The notes below the pieces were generated by a model, which saw only the letters and a program-made list of their open reading frames with translations, had not been told where the DNA came from and did no database searches. Below are positions 47,600 through 56,956 of a stretch of 58,241 bases of DNA, in pieces. Made by a program: the position numbers and the translations under genes. Source of the stretch: Candidatus Limnocylindrales bacterium (GTDB taxonomy: Bacteria; Chloroflexota; Limnocylindria; Limnocylindrales; CSP1-4); contig DATBSD010000091.1 of the NCBI GenBank assembly GCA_036559965.1, positions 1 to 58,241 of the forward strand, given 5' to 3'. Position 1 is the stretch's first letter; every line of letters starts with the position of its first letter.

Positions 47600-48943
47600 G
47601 TGAGCCGAGATCGGCGTACGAAGCTCGGCCTGGTCGCCGTCCTCGCCATCGCGTCGAGCCTGCTCCTTGGCCTGCCTGCGATGGCGGAGACGCAGCGCTC
47701 CGAACCGGTCGCCGCGGCGCCGGAGGCCGGCATCAGCCCGAGCCCCGATGTCGCTGCCAGCCCGGCCCCGACCACATCGACGGCGCCGTGCCCCAACCCG
47801 ACGCCGGCGCCGACGCCGTCGCCCGCCCCGACGCTCGAGGGCGCCGCGCCGCAGCCGACGGCGGTGCCCGAGCCGACGATCCGTCCGAACCTCTGCCCGG
47901 CCGTACCGGGAGCCGACCCGATCAGCACCATCGCCTGGATCTTCACGCCGCTCTTCCAGGCCATCTTCATCGGGCTCGTGCTGGCCTACGACGCCGTCGG
48001 CGCACTGGAGGTCGCGCTCGGCAGCGCCTCGCCGGCGCCCATCGGCGCGGCCATCATCATCGTCACGCTGGTCATCCGGTTCCTGCTCGTGCCCATCTTC
48101 CGGCGGCAGATCGTGTCGTCCCGTCGGATGGTCGCCCTGCAGCCCGAGGTCAAGGCCCTCCAGGCCAAGTACAAGGGCGATCGGGCGAAGATCGCCCAGG
48201 AGCAGCAGCGGCTGTACAGCGAGCGCGGCGTCAGCCCGGCGTCCGGCTGCCTGCCCGCCCTGCTGACGCTCTTCCTGCTCGGCCCGATGTACTACGTCTT
48301 CACGTCCGGCCTCACGGCGCCCGACATCTCCTCGATGCTGACCGTGCTCGGCTTCCAGATCCCGGTCACCTGCCAGCCGGAGGCTGTCACGGGCTACGCC
48401 TCGTGTCTCAACCCGTACATCCCCTGGCTCGGCTTCCTGAGCACCGATCCGCGCGGGCTCAACGCGAGCGTGCCGGAGATCCTGTTCACGCTGCCCGTGC
48501 TCGGCTTCGGGGTCAGCCTGCTGGCGCTCATCGCCGCCTTCCTGCAGCTCATCCAGACGCGCATGTCGCAGATGCCCACGAATGACCCGCAGATGCGCGT
48601 CCAGAACCGGACGATGCTCATCCTGCCGGCCATCTCGATCATCTACGGCGCCTTCCTGCCGGCCGGCCTGTTCGTCTACTGGACCACGACGACCATCTTC
48701 TCCATCGTCCAGCAGTACCTCATCGCGGGCTGGGGTGCCCTCTTCCCGCTCTTCGGCTGGAACCCGTCATTCGCCCGCAACCACACGCCGCGCTATGCCA
48801 TCGCGGCGCCACCACCAGCGCCCAACACGCTCTCCGGCGCCGTCTCCGCTCCGACGCGGCGATCGACGACCGACAGCGCCGCCGGGACCGTCAAACCATC
48901 CAGACAGCGAGCCCGCACAAGCAGGCGGGGGAGACGACGATGA
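47600..48943 (+). CDS. yidC: membrane protein insertase YidC/Oxa1 family with a Pro/Thr/Ala-rich N-terminal region
   Basis: LVIRFLLVPIFRRQIVSSRRMVALQPEVKALQAKYKGDRAKIAQEQQRLYSERGVSPASGCLPALL, plus a basic C-terminal tail. Confidence 0.88.
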   Translation: MSRDRRTKLGLVAVLAIASSLLLGLPAMAETQRSEPVAAAPEAGISPSPDVAASPAPTTSTAPCPNPTPAPTPSPAPTLEGAAPQPTAVPEPTIRPNLCPAVPGADPISTIAWIFTPLFQAIFIGLVLAYDAVGALEVALGSASPAPIGAAIIIVTLVIRFLLVPIFRRQIVSSRRMVALQPEVKALQAKYKGDRAKIAQEQQRLYSERGVSPASGCLPALLTLFLLGPMYYVFTSGLTAPDISSMLTVLGFQIPVTCQPEAVTGYASCLNPYIPWLGFLSTDPRGLNASVPEILFTLPVLGFGVSLLALIAAFLQLIQTRMSQMPTNDPQMRVQNRTMLILPAISIIYGAFLPAGLFVYWTTTTIFSIVQQYLIAGWGALFPLFGWNPSFARNHTPRYAIAAPPPAPNTLSGAVSAPTRRSTTDSAAGTVKPSRQRARTSRRGRRR

Positions 48944-49947
48944 GCGATTACCAGGAGTTCACGGGCAAGTCCGTCGAGGACGCCATCAAGCAGGCCATGA
49001 CCGCCTTCGGCGTCAGCAGCCTCAACGACCTCGACTTCGAGATCCTGACCCACGGCGCCCGCGGCGTCTTGGGCATGGGCGCCGAGCCGGCCCGCATCGT
49101 GGCGGCACCGCGCTCCGCCCTGGGTGGGGCCGCGCCGCGCCGCGAGGCCGCCGCCGCGGTCCCGCTGCCGGCCCCGGCCCGCGACGACCGCCAGCGCGAT
49201 AGCACGCCGGCGGCAACGCCAAGCAGCAGCTCGGCCGGAGACGTCGCCGACCCGCAGGCCGCGGTCGCGGCTCCTGTCGCCGACGTTGCCCCGACCGCCG
49301 AGCAGAGCCAGCGCCGCGAGCGTCGCCCGCGCGACGATCGCGGGCCGCGCGACGATCGTGGCCGACGCGAGAGCCGACCCACGCGCTCGAGCACGCTGAC
49401 CGAGGGGGAGCAGGCGCAGCTCACGGCCGCCCGCCAGTCGTCGGCCACCGATCGCGAGGACATCCAGGCGGCCGAGGCGTCGCCCGAGGCACTGGCGGCA
49501 GGCAAGGAGATCCTCGAGCAGGTCATGGAGCTGCTCGGCTACAAGGTGACGGTGACCATCGAGACCGGCGAGACGTCGCGGCTGAGCGTCATCGGCGACG
49601 ACTCCGAGAAGGAGTCGCTGGGCGCCCTCATCGGGCGCAAGGGCGAACGCCTCTCGGCGCTCCAGCATCTCGTCAACCTCATGCTCTCGAAGCGCATGGG
49701 CGCCTGGACGCGCGTGCTCGTCGACGTCGAGGAGTACCGTGGCCGGCGTGAGCGGCAGCTCAACGAGATCGCCGAGCGGGCGGCGTCGCGCGTCGTCGAG
49801 ACCGGCCGCATGCTCCAGCTCGACCCGATGACCCCGCTCGAGCGCCGCTGGATCCACCTCGCCCTGCGCGCCAATCCCGAGGTGACCACGCAGTCGATCG
49901 GCGAAGAGCCCGATCGCCGCGTCGTCATCCTGCCGCGGAGCGCCTGA
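48940..49947 (+). CDS. jag: Jag/KhpB RNA-binding protein (Jag_N, KH, R3H) with a roughly 130-aa disordered insert
   Basis: The start is an ATGA overlap with yidC. Jag_N: FTGKSVEDAIKQAMTAFG. KH: LIGRKGERLSALQHLVN. R3H: LDPMTPLERRWIHLAL..NPEVTTQSIGEEPDRRVVI. Confidence 0.85.
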   Translation: MSDYQEFTGKSVEDAIKQAMTAFGVSSLNDLDFEILTHGARGVLGMGAEPARIVAAPRSALGGAAPRREAAAAVPLPAPARDDRQRDSTPAATPSSSSAGDVADPQAAVAAPVADVAPTAEQSQRRERRPRDDRGPRDDRGRRESRPTRSSTLTEGEQAQLTAARQSSATDREDIQAAEASPEALAAGKEILEQVMELLGYKVTVTIETGETSRLSVIGDDSEKESLGALIGRKGERLSALQHLVNLMLSKRMGAWTRVLVDVEEYRGRRERQLNEIAERAASRVVETGRMLQLDPMTPLERRWIHLALRANPEVTTQSIGEEPDRRVVILPRSA

Positions 49948-49993
49948 CCTGCCGCTCGGCGCCCGCGCCGCCGCCTGCTAGGATTCGCAGCCC

Positions 49994-51832
49994 GTGACGA
50001 CCGAAAGCATCGCCCTCGCCGGTTCCCAGCCACGCGATCGTGGCTGGCGTTTCGGCGCGCTCGGCTTCGTCGTCGCGCTCGCCTTCGCCGTCGTGCTCGT
50101 GGCCGGCTTCCTGGCCGGCCTGGCGGTCATCTACCAGAACCGGGTGATGCCCGGCGTGACCGTGGCCGGCGTACCGGTCGCGGGCATGGATCGCGCGGCT
50201 GCCGAGGCCGCGCTCCGTGCAGGGCTGCCACCGCTCAGCGATGGCGAGGTCACGCTGACCGTCGACGACGAGACGGTCACCCTGCCCTACGCCTCGGTCG
50301 CCCGCGACTACGACATGGCGGCCATGCTCGACGCGGCCTTCCAGGTCGGTCGCGGCGGCACGGTCGCCGAGCAGTCGCTCGACCGCGTCCGGAGCCTGCT
50401 CCGCGGCAGCCAGGTGACTGCCGTCGCCGGCTACGACCAGGAGCTCGCCCGCAGCCGTCTGCTCGTCCTCGCGACGACGCTCGCGCGCGACCCGGTCGAC
50501 GCGTCCATCAGCCTGCCCGAGGGCAGCATCTTCTTCACCGTCAGCCCGGCCGTCGCCGGCCGAGCGCTCGACGTGCCGGCCACGCTCGCGGTCATCGATC
50601 CCCTGCTCGCCAGCGCCGACGCCGGGGCGGTCACCGCGCCGGCCGTGACCCAGCCGGTCGAGGCCGCCGTGAGCACGCCCGAGGCGCAGGCCGCCGCGAC
50701 ACAGGCCGGCCTGATGACCGCGTCGGACCTGGCACTGACGGCCGAGAAGAAGACGTTCAAGATCAACAACGAGACGCTCCGCACGTGGGTCGCCTTCGGG
50801 GTCGGAGCCGACGGCGCCATCGCGCCGACGCTCGTCGATGCCAAGATCGCCAAGGCCATCAAGGGCATCGCCAAGAAGGTCGATCAGGCCGGCACGAATG
50901 CCCGCTACCGCGTGGTCAACGGACGGCCGAGCACGGTCATCCCGAGCAAGCCCGGCCGCTCCACGGATCAGGCGGCGTCCGTGCTGGCCGTCAAGGCAGC
51001 GTTGAGCGACCCGGCCCTGGCTGCGGCGCCGGTCGCGCTGGCGGTGGCCTCGAGCGAGCCGGCCTTCACGACTGCCGACGCCAAGGCCTGGCGGACCAAG
51101 CTCAAGCCCATCCGACGCGCGCGTTGGACGACGCACTTCCCCCAGGGCGAGCGGAACTTCTTCGGCAAGAACATCTCGATCCCGACCTCGCTCATCAACG
51201 GCTACGTGGTCGCACCCGGCGAGTGGTTCGACTTCTGGGATGTCGTCGGCGAGATCAGCCGGGCACGAGGCTTCGGGCCTGGCGGCGCCATCATCAACGG
51301 CCGCACCGAGCCCACCGGCGCCCTGGCCGGCGGCATCTGCAGCTGCTCGACGACGCTCTTCAACGCGGCCCTGCGCTACGGCCTCGAGATGGGCGACCGG
51401 CGCAACCACTACTACTACATCGACCGCTATCCCCTCGGCCTTGACGCGACCGTGTTCAAGAGCGGAGGCGGCAGTGTCCAGTCGATGAGCTTCAAGAACG
51501 ACACCGAGTCGCCCATCATGATCCGCGGCTGGACGAGCTTCGGCATCGTCAACTTCCAGCTCTGGTCGGTCGACTCCGGACGCCGGGTGAGCTTCTCGCG
51601 ACCGACCGTGCGCAACATCCGGCCGGCCGGCTGGAGCATCCAGTACACCTCTTCGCTGGCGCCCGGTCGTCGCCAGACCGTCGAGTACCCGGCGACAGGC
51701 AAGGACGTCTGGGTCACCCGCTTCGTGCGCGACCGGAACGGCAAGCTGCTCGACAGGCAGACGTTCTACTCGCACTACGCTCGGATCACCGGCATCACGC
51801 TCGTCGGTCGCGGCTCGGCCGACTCCCGCTAG
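49994..51832 (+). CDS. VanW-domain (YoaR-like) cell-envelope protein
   Basis: N-terminal TM anchor, then repeated PG_binding_4-like segments, then the VanW core GYVVAPGEWFDFWDVVGEIS..RGF......ING....ALAGGICSCSTTLFNAALRYGLE...R.NH. Confidence 0.8.
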   Translation: MTTESIALAGSQPRDRGWRFGALGFVVALAFAVVLVAGFLAGLAVIYQNRVMPGVTVAGVPVAGMDRAAAEAALRAGLPPLSDGEVTLTVDDETVTLPYASVARDYDMAAMLDAAFQVGRGGTVAEQSLDRVRSLLRGSQVTAVAGYDQELARSRLLVLATTLARDPVDASISLPEGSIFFTVSPAVAGRALDVPATLAVIDPLLASADAGAVTAPAVTQPVEAAVSTPEAQAAATQAGLMTASDLALTAEKKTFKINNETLRTWVAFGVGADGAIAPTLVDAKIAKAIKGIAKKVDQAGTNARYRVVNGRPSTVIPSKPGRSTDQAASVLAVKAALSDPALAAAPVALAVASSEPAFTTADAKAWRTKLKPIRRARWTTHFPQGERNFFGKNISIPTSLINGYVVAPGEWFDFWDVVGEISRARGFGPGGAIINGRTEPTGALAGGICSCSTTLFNAALRYGLEMGDRRNHYYYIDRYPLGLDATVFKSGGGSVQSMSFKNDTESPIMIRGWTSFGIVNFQLWSVDSGRRVSFSRPTVRNIRPAGWSIQYTSSLAPGRRQTVEYPATGKDVWVTRFVRDRNGKLLDRQTFYSHYARITGITLVGRGSADSR

Positions 51833-51843
51833 CCGGGGTCCCG

Positions 51844-52530
51844 ATGCTCAGCATGATCGCCCGGCTGGCCGCCGTCGGCACGGCCGGCGCGGCCTACGTC
51901 ATCGGGGTCCGGCCGCAGCTCCGAGTGTGGGGCGCCAGCGAGGCCGAGGCGAGCGAGTCGCTGCCGGGCGACGAGCACGTGCCGGCGCCGCGCTTCAGCT
52001 CGACCCGCGCCATCGACATCGCGGCCGCCCCATCGGCCGTCTGGCCGTGGCTCGTCCAGCTCGGCGAGGGCCGGGCCGGGCTCTACAGCTACGAGGCCCT
52101 CGAGCGGCTCATCGGCGCCGACATGCAGAGCAGCGACACCATCGTGCCCGAGCTCCAGGATCTCGCCGTCGACGACACCATCCGTCTGGCACCCATCGGC
52201 GGGCCTGACGGCCTGACCCTGGTCGTCGACCAGCTCGAGGCGCCGGAGTTGCTCGTCCTCGTCGGCCGCCGTCAGGCCGACGACGGTGACTACTTCAATG
52301 GCGCGGTGGCCGTCAGCTGGACGCTCGTGGCGCGCGCCGCCGAGTCCGGGGTGACCCGGCTCATCTCGCGCTGGCGCATGAGCTGGGCGCCCTCGGCCGC
52401 CGCCGACCTGTTCAACGGGGCGCTCGTGGAGCCGTTCCACTTCGCGCTCGACGAGAAGCTTCTGCGCGGCATCCGCGATCGCGCCGAACGACCCGGCGTC
52501 CGCGACGCCGGCGCCACCGGCCAGCGCTGA
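51844..52530 (+). CDS. SRPBCC-like hypothetical protein
   Basis: 228 aa. The sequence SSTRAIDIAAAPSAVWPWLVQLGEGRAGLYSY..LE is typical of START/SRPBCC-superfamily proteins of unknown function. Confidence 0.55.
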   Translation: MLSMIARLAAVGTAGAAYVIGVRPQLRVWGASEAEASESLPGDEHVPAPRFSSTRAIDIAAAPSAVWPWLVQLGEGRAGLYSYEALERLIGADMQSSDTIVPELQDLAVDDTIRLAPIGGPDGLTLVVDQLEAPELLVLVGRRQADDGDYFNGAVAVSWTLVARAAESGVTRLISRWRMSWAPSAAADLFNGALVEPFHFALDEKLLRGIRDRAERPGVRDAGATGQR

Positions 52531-52570
52531 GGCCGACGCCACCACCGGTCGTGGGCCGCCAGGGACCCGC

Positions 52571-53461
52571 TCAGCTCGGCAGCTCGCCGATCAGGACTGG
52601 CGGGCCACCACCGTCGCCGGCGACGGTCTCGAGGCTGACCCCGAAGTGGCCGCCGCGGTCGAGCTCGAGGTCGCCGTAGCGCTCCATCGAACCTGCCCAG
52701 GCGGCGACGTCGCCGTTGAAGTCCATCACACCGATGGGCGTCCGAGCGCCGTCGCGCTCGACCCAGCAGCGATACTCGAGACCCTCGCCGGGTGGCGCCA
52801 GGGCCGCCGACAGGACCACGATCTCCTCGTCCGACCAGGACACCGATCCGGCCGGCTGACCGTCCAGCCCGACCAGGCCGACGACCCAGCTGTGGTCGGC
52901 CTTGAGGACATCGTCGAGGCTCGTGGCGAGGTCGACGAGCTCGGCTGCGCTGGTCCGGGCGGCTTCGGCACGGCGCGCCTGGTCGATGGCCACCGCAGCA
53001 GACCCGAGGATGAGCAGGACGGCGATGACGGCGGCGATGCCCTGCCACGGCCTGACGTCGCGTCCGGCGCCAGGCACCCCGCGTCCCGTACCGGTGGCAG
53101 CCGTTCGGTCGTCCAGGATGACCGGCCGGCGCGGGGATCCCGGCGGGATGCGGGACGATGGCGTGGCCAGGCCCTCGACGGCCGCCCGGAGCTCCGGCGG
53201 CGGCACGTCGGGGCTGCCAGTGGCCGGGTCGTTGCGGCGCTCGCTGGATCCCGGTCGGAGCGGCCCGCCGTCGGTGATGGTCGTCCGGATCGCCTCGTGC
53301 GTCCGACGCCAGGCATCGAGATTGGCCTGGCACGCGGGACAGGCGCGGACGTGGCTCATGAGTGCCGTGGCGTCGGGCGACGGATCGGTCGGCAGGGCGG
53401 CCAGGCCGCCGGGCTCGATGGCCAGGTCGGCGATGCGCTCGCTCGCCTCAGCGTGATCCAT
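52571..53461 (-). CDS. membrane-spanning anti-sigma factor (zf-HC2 N-terminus, RskA-like extracytoplasmic domain)
   Basis: Internal ATG 53461 of track ORF 52571..53716. Motif HVRACPACQANLDAW (H-x3-C-x2-C). TM helix IAAVIAVLLILGSAAVAI. The C-terminus is RskA-like: YRCWVERDG...GHFGVSLE...GGGPPVLIGEL. Confidence 0.75.
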   Translation of the reverse strand: MDHAEASERIADLAIEPGGLAALPTDPSPDATALMSHVRACPACQANLDAWRRTHEAIRTTITDGGPLRPGSSERRNDPATGSPDVPPPELRAAVEGLATPSSRIPPGSPRRPVILDDRTAATGTGRGVPGAGRDVRPWQGIAAVIAVLLILGSAAVAIDQARRAEAARTSAAELVDLATSLDDVLKADHSWVVGLVGLDGQPAGSVSWSDEEIVVLSAALAPPGEGLEYRCWVERDGARTPIGVMDFNGDVAAWAGSMERYGDLELDRGGHFGVSLETVAGDGGGPPVLIGELPS

Positions 53462-54188
53462 CGTCCGACTCCGCTGCCGTGCGCAGATCCGGGATCGGCG
53501 CCAGCAGCTCCCGCAGGCGCGCCATGGCGCGACGCGTGCGGGACTTGACCGTGCCGATGGGCAGCCCGAGCCGGGCTGCGATCTGCGATTGGCTGAGGTC
53601 CTCGTCGTAGGCCAGCACCAGGACCGACCGCTCGTCGGCCGGCATGCCGGCCACGGCCGCTCGGACGACCGCTTGCGTCCAGCGCCGCTCGAGGCTCGGT
53701 CCCGGTTGTGCGTCAACGGACGCCGTGCCGCCGATCGTCGGCTCCGACCAGCGCGCAGACCGGTCGTCGATGCCGTCCGCGATGGCGACCAGGCGCGGGC
53801 GACGAGCTTCGGCCCGCAGCCGATCGAGCGCGCGATGACGCGCCACGCTGAGCAGCCATGTGCGCAGGCTGCCGGCGTCCGCTCGGTAGGACGCCGCGCG
53901 CTGCCAGAGGGCGAGGTACGTCTCCTGGACGACCTCGGCCGCCGCCTCCCGATCGCCCAGGAAGCGGGTCATGACGCCGAACAGGACGACCACGTGGGCG
54001 TCATACGCCTCCATGAAGGCCGGTTCGTCACCGGCCGCGATGAGCGTTGCGATGGCAGCGTCGGACCGCCGCTCGGGCGGGTCGCCGGATCGTCGCGCCG
54101 GTGGCTCCACGGGCTCGATGGTCGTACGCCGGGTCGTTTTCGTCCAGCACCGCCTATGGGGTGGCGGCCGGCGAGGCGCCGCCGCCAC
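53448..54188 (-). CDS. ECF (group IV) RNA polymerase sigma factor
   Basis: Region 2: VQETYLALWQRAASYR...LRTWLLSVARHRALDRLR. Region 4: ERSVLVLAYDEDLSQSQIAARLGLPIGTVKSRTRRAMARLR. The stop overlaps the anti-sigma start by 14 nt. The start is uncertain (GTG 54188 or GTG 54110). Confidence 0.8.
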   Translation of the reverse strand: MAAAPRRPPPHRRCWTKTTRRTTIEPVEPPARRSGDPPERRSDAAIATLIAAGDEPAFMEAYDAHVVVLFGVMTRFLGDREAAAEVVQETYLALWQRAASYRADAGSLRTWLLSVARHRALDRLRAEARRPRLVAIADGIDDRSARWSEPTIGGTASVDAQPGPSLERRWTQAVVRAAVAGMPADERSVLVLAYDEDLSQSQIAARLGLPIGTVKSRTRRAMARLRELLAPIPDLRTAAESDDGSR

Positions 54189-54732
54189 GCGAGTAGTCGT
54201 CGTCGCCCGGCGTCGCCGACGCGTCCGTCCCGCCGCCCGAGCTCGAGCCGGTCGGCGGGACGACGAACCAGACGTCGTTGACCCCCTGGCCCGTCACGTC
54301 GCCGGCCTTGGCGTCGGCGGCGAAGTAGTAGAGCGGCTTGCCGTCATAAGTCACCTGAAGCGCGCCATCTTCACGCGTGATCGTCGCCAGGACGCCGGGA
54401 ACGCCCTCGCCACCGACCACGCTGGCCCCGGCAGCGATGACGAACGGCGGCCAGGACGCCGCGCAATCGCCGCTGCAGACGCTCGTGCCGCCTGTGTCCT
54501 TGGTGAACAGGTAGAGCGTCTTGCCGCCCTCGCCGACGAGGATCGGCCCGAGCGTCGCGTCGGTTGCCGTGGTCACCTCGACCGTCTCGCCGACCGGTGA
54601 CTCGGACGCGGGAGCCGCCGACGGCGACGGCGACGGCGACCCGCCGGTCGTGGCACAGCCGGCGAGGAGCACGGCGACCCCCGCCACGGCCACGAGCGAT
54701 CGTCGACCACGGATGAGACGTACGCGCATCAC
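54154..54732 (-). CDS. lipoprotein with tandem Y-x-[FY]-x2-D repeats (PF03640/COG4315-like)
   Basis: Lipobox LLAGCATT. Repeats: GKTLYLFTKDTGGTSVCSGDCAASWPPF and GKPLYYFAADAKAGDVTGQGVNDVWFVV. Confidence 0.75.
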   Translation of the reverse strand: MMRVRLIRGRRSLVAVAGVAVLLAGCATTGGSPSPSPSAAPASESPVGETVEVTTATDATLGPILVGEGGKTLYLFTKDTGGTSVCSGDCAASWPPFVIAAGASVVGGEGVPGVLATITREDGALQVTYDGKPLYYFAADAKAGDVTGQGVNDVWFVVPPTGSSSGGGTDASATPGDDDYSRGGGASPAATP

Positions 54733-54739
54733 AAGGAGA

Positions 54740-54779
54740 CCTCCATCAGCAGCCAGCCGCGTGGCTGGCTGCGTGGAGG
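54740..54779 (-). promoter_or_regulatory. 16-bp interrupted stem-loop whose 3' arm contains the GGAGG ribosome-binding site of the lipoprotein gene; it could alternatively be a terminator for the upstream gene
   Basis: On the minus-strand RNA: CCUCCA-c-GCAGCCAGCC-acgc-GGCUGGCUGC-uga-UGGAGG, followed 7 nt later by GTG 54732 and ATG 54729. Confidence 0.5.
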
Positions 54780-54838
54780 TACGTCCGTGCGAGCCGATCG
54801 GATCTCGCCATCAGCGTCGAGAGCTCGTCGAGCGAAGA

Positions 54839-55255
54839 TCAGACGTTGAGCGTCGCCCGGCAGATCTCACCACTCTTGACGTTGACCGCTTTGGCCTTGA
54901 TGGTGTCGGTACCCGCCCGGTTCGCGATGCGGCGCTCCAGGGAGAAGGAGCCACTCGGCGGTGCGGTCCATCGATAGCCGCTGAACACGCGGATGCCGTC
55001 GTCCCAGAGCTTGACCCGCCACTGCTGCCGGTTGCGGTTCTGGTCGACTTCGAACTCGACCTCGATCCGGCCGTCGTCGTGCTTGGCCTTGAGCTTGCTG
55101 GTGCTGTGCCCGCTGCACGAGCCGGTCACGCGGATGGCGTCACCGCCTTTGGCGGCCGCGGTCGCCGGCATGATCATGGCGCCGAGCGCGAGGCTGAGGG
55201 TCAGCGCGCCGGCGGCCAGGAGCCGCGACGGGATGTGGGATGTGGGGAGTGGCAT
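54839..55255 (-). CDS. small secreted hypothetical protein
   Basis: Internal ATG 55255 of track ORF 54839..55396. Signal-like MPLPTSHIPSRLLAAGALTLSLALGAMIMPATAAA, followed by a roughly 100-aa beta-rich domain with two Cys. No family recognised. Confidence 0.5.
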   Translation of the reverse strand: MPLPTSHIPSRLLAAGALTLSLALGAMIMPATAAAKGGDAIRVTGSCSGHSTSKLKAKHDDGRIEVEFEVDQNRNRQQWRVKLWDDGIRVFSGYRWTAPPSGSFSLERRIANRAGTDTIKAKAVNVKSGEICRATLNV

Positions 55256-55453
55256 CGGGGTTCTCCTTGTCGAGCTTGTCGTCCGAGCGGTCGCCGCTGC
55301 GCTGCGGTCCGATCCGTCTCGACGCTTAGCCTCGGTGGGCGGACCCATCGAGGACAACGGGCCTCGGTCGAGAACGGCATCCGACCTTGGTCTCATCCGA
55401 GCAGCGACCTACGGCCGTATCGGCCGCGACGAGGCCCGGCGTACGATGGGTCG

Positions 55454-56956
55454 ATGGCCACGTCCACACCGCCCATCGCGGCCCCATCGTCGCCGCCAGA
55501 CGTCCGCCACGACAGGTCGGCGACGTCGTTCGGCCGAAGGCGATCAACCGCGCCTGGCCCTCGCCTGACCCTGGCGCGTCGATTCCTGGCGGCGAACCTC
55601 GTCATCCTCGTCGTCGCCGGCGTGGTGGTCGGAGTCTGGATCGGCGACACGCTCGAACGAGGCATCGTCGATCGGACGGCAGCCGTCACGGCGCTCTACG
55701 TCGAGAGCTTCGTCGAGCCACATCTGCAGGCCGCTTCGGCGGATGGTTCGATCCCTGCCGCCAGCGCCGAGCAGCTCGACCGGCTGCTGCAGAGTGGACC
55801 GCTCGGCGATCTCGTGGTCTCGCTTCGCGTCTGGTCGCCGTCGGGCACCATCGTCTACGGCTCGATCGGCGAGTTGGTCGGGCAAACGTTCCCGGTCGAG
55901 GGTGAGTTGGCGGAGGCCTTCGATGGGCGTGTCACGGCGCAGCTGAGCGACCTGACCGGGACCGAGAATGCGGTCGAGCGTCGCGATTGGGCCCGCCTGC
56001 TCGAGATGTACGTCCCCGTCCGCCACGGCGGTTCGGACGAGGTCGCATCGGTGGTCGAGTTCTACCTGCTGCCGGACGCCATCGACCGCGAGGTCTGGCA
56101 GGCCCGGATGCTGTCCTGGCTCCTCGTGGCGGCCGCCATCGGCGTCTCGCTCTTGCTCCTTTACGGCATCGTCAAGCAGGGCAGCGACACGATCGGCCGG
56201 CAGGAGGCGGAGCTGGAGGGCCAGGTTCGAGAGCTCTCCTCGCTCCTCGCCCAGAACGAGGCCCTGAGCGACAAGGTGCGAGCGGCCGCAGAACGGACCA
56301 CGACACTCAACGAGCGGTCGCTGCGTCGCATCAGCGCCGACCTGCACGATGGTCCGGGCCAGACGATGGCGCTGGCGCTGTTACGCCTGGACGCATTGCG
56401 AGGATCGGCTGGAGGCCACGGTGCGACAGCGCCGGAGGTGACCGAGGTCGAGGGAGCGCTCCAGGATGCGCTTCGAGACATGCGCGCCATCGCTGCCGGG
56501 CTGCGCATGCCCGAGCTCGCAAGCCTGGACGCCGGCCAGGTCGCCCTGCGCGCCGTCCAGGACCATGTGCGTCGAACCGGGATGGCCGTCGAGACGCACA
56601 TCCGGGACGACCTGCCGACCGTTTCGCTGCCCATCAGGATCGCCCTCTACCGCGCGATCCAGGAGCTGCTCTCGAATGCCTTTCGGCACGCTAACGGCGT
56701 CGGCGTGCGGGTGACGGTCGATGTCGCGGACCACGACCTGCTGCTCGATGTCGCCGACGCTGGCCCCGGAATCGATGCCGCGCTGCTACAGGCAGAGCGT
56801 GGGCTCGGGCTGGCAGGCATGCGCGAACAGGCCGAGCTGCTGGGCGGTGACTTCGACCTGATGTCGGAGCGCGGGCATGGCACGACGGTCTCGCTGCGAT
56901 GGCCGATCCATCCTGAGCAGCCCATGATCCACGCCAGCACATCTGGTGACGCATGA
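55454..56956 (+). CDS. sensor histidine kinase, HisKA_3 (NarX/LiaS/DesK-like) class
   Basis: Internal ATG 55454 of track ORF 54521..56956. Two TM helices flank a roughly 160-aa sensor domain. H-box RISADLHDGPGQTM. N-box LLSNAFRHA. G-boxes DAGPGI and GLGLAGMRE. Confidence 0.85.
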   Translation: MATSTPPIAAPSSPPDVRHDRSATSFGRRRSTAPGPRLTLARRFLAANLVILVVAGVVVGVWIGDTLERGIVDRTAAVTALYVESFVEPHLQAASADGSIPAASAEQLDRLLQSGPLGDLVVSLRVWSPSGTIVYGSIGELVGQTFPVEGELAEAFDGRVTAQLSDLTGTENAVERRDWARLLEMYVPVRHGGSDEVASVVEFYLLPDAIDREVWQARMLSWLLVAAAIGVSLLLLYGIVKQGSDTIGRQEAELEGQVRELSSLLAQNEALSDKVRAAAERTTTLNERSLRRISADLHDGPGQTMALALLRLDALRGSAGGHGATAPEVTEVEGALQDALRDMRAIAAGLRMPELASLDAGQVALRAVQDHVRRTGMAVETHIRDDLPTVSLPIRIALYRAIQELLSNAFRHANGVGVRVTVDVADHDLLLDVADAGPGIDAALLQAERGLGLAGMREQAELLGGDFDLMSERGHGTTVSLRWPIHPEQPMIHASTSGDA

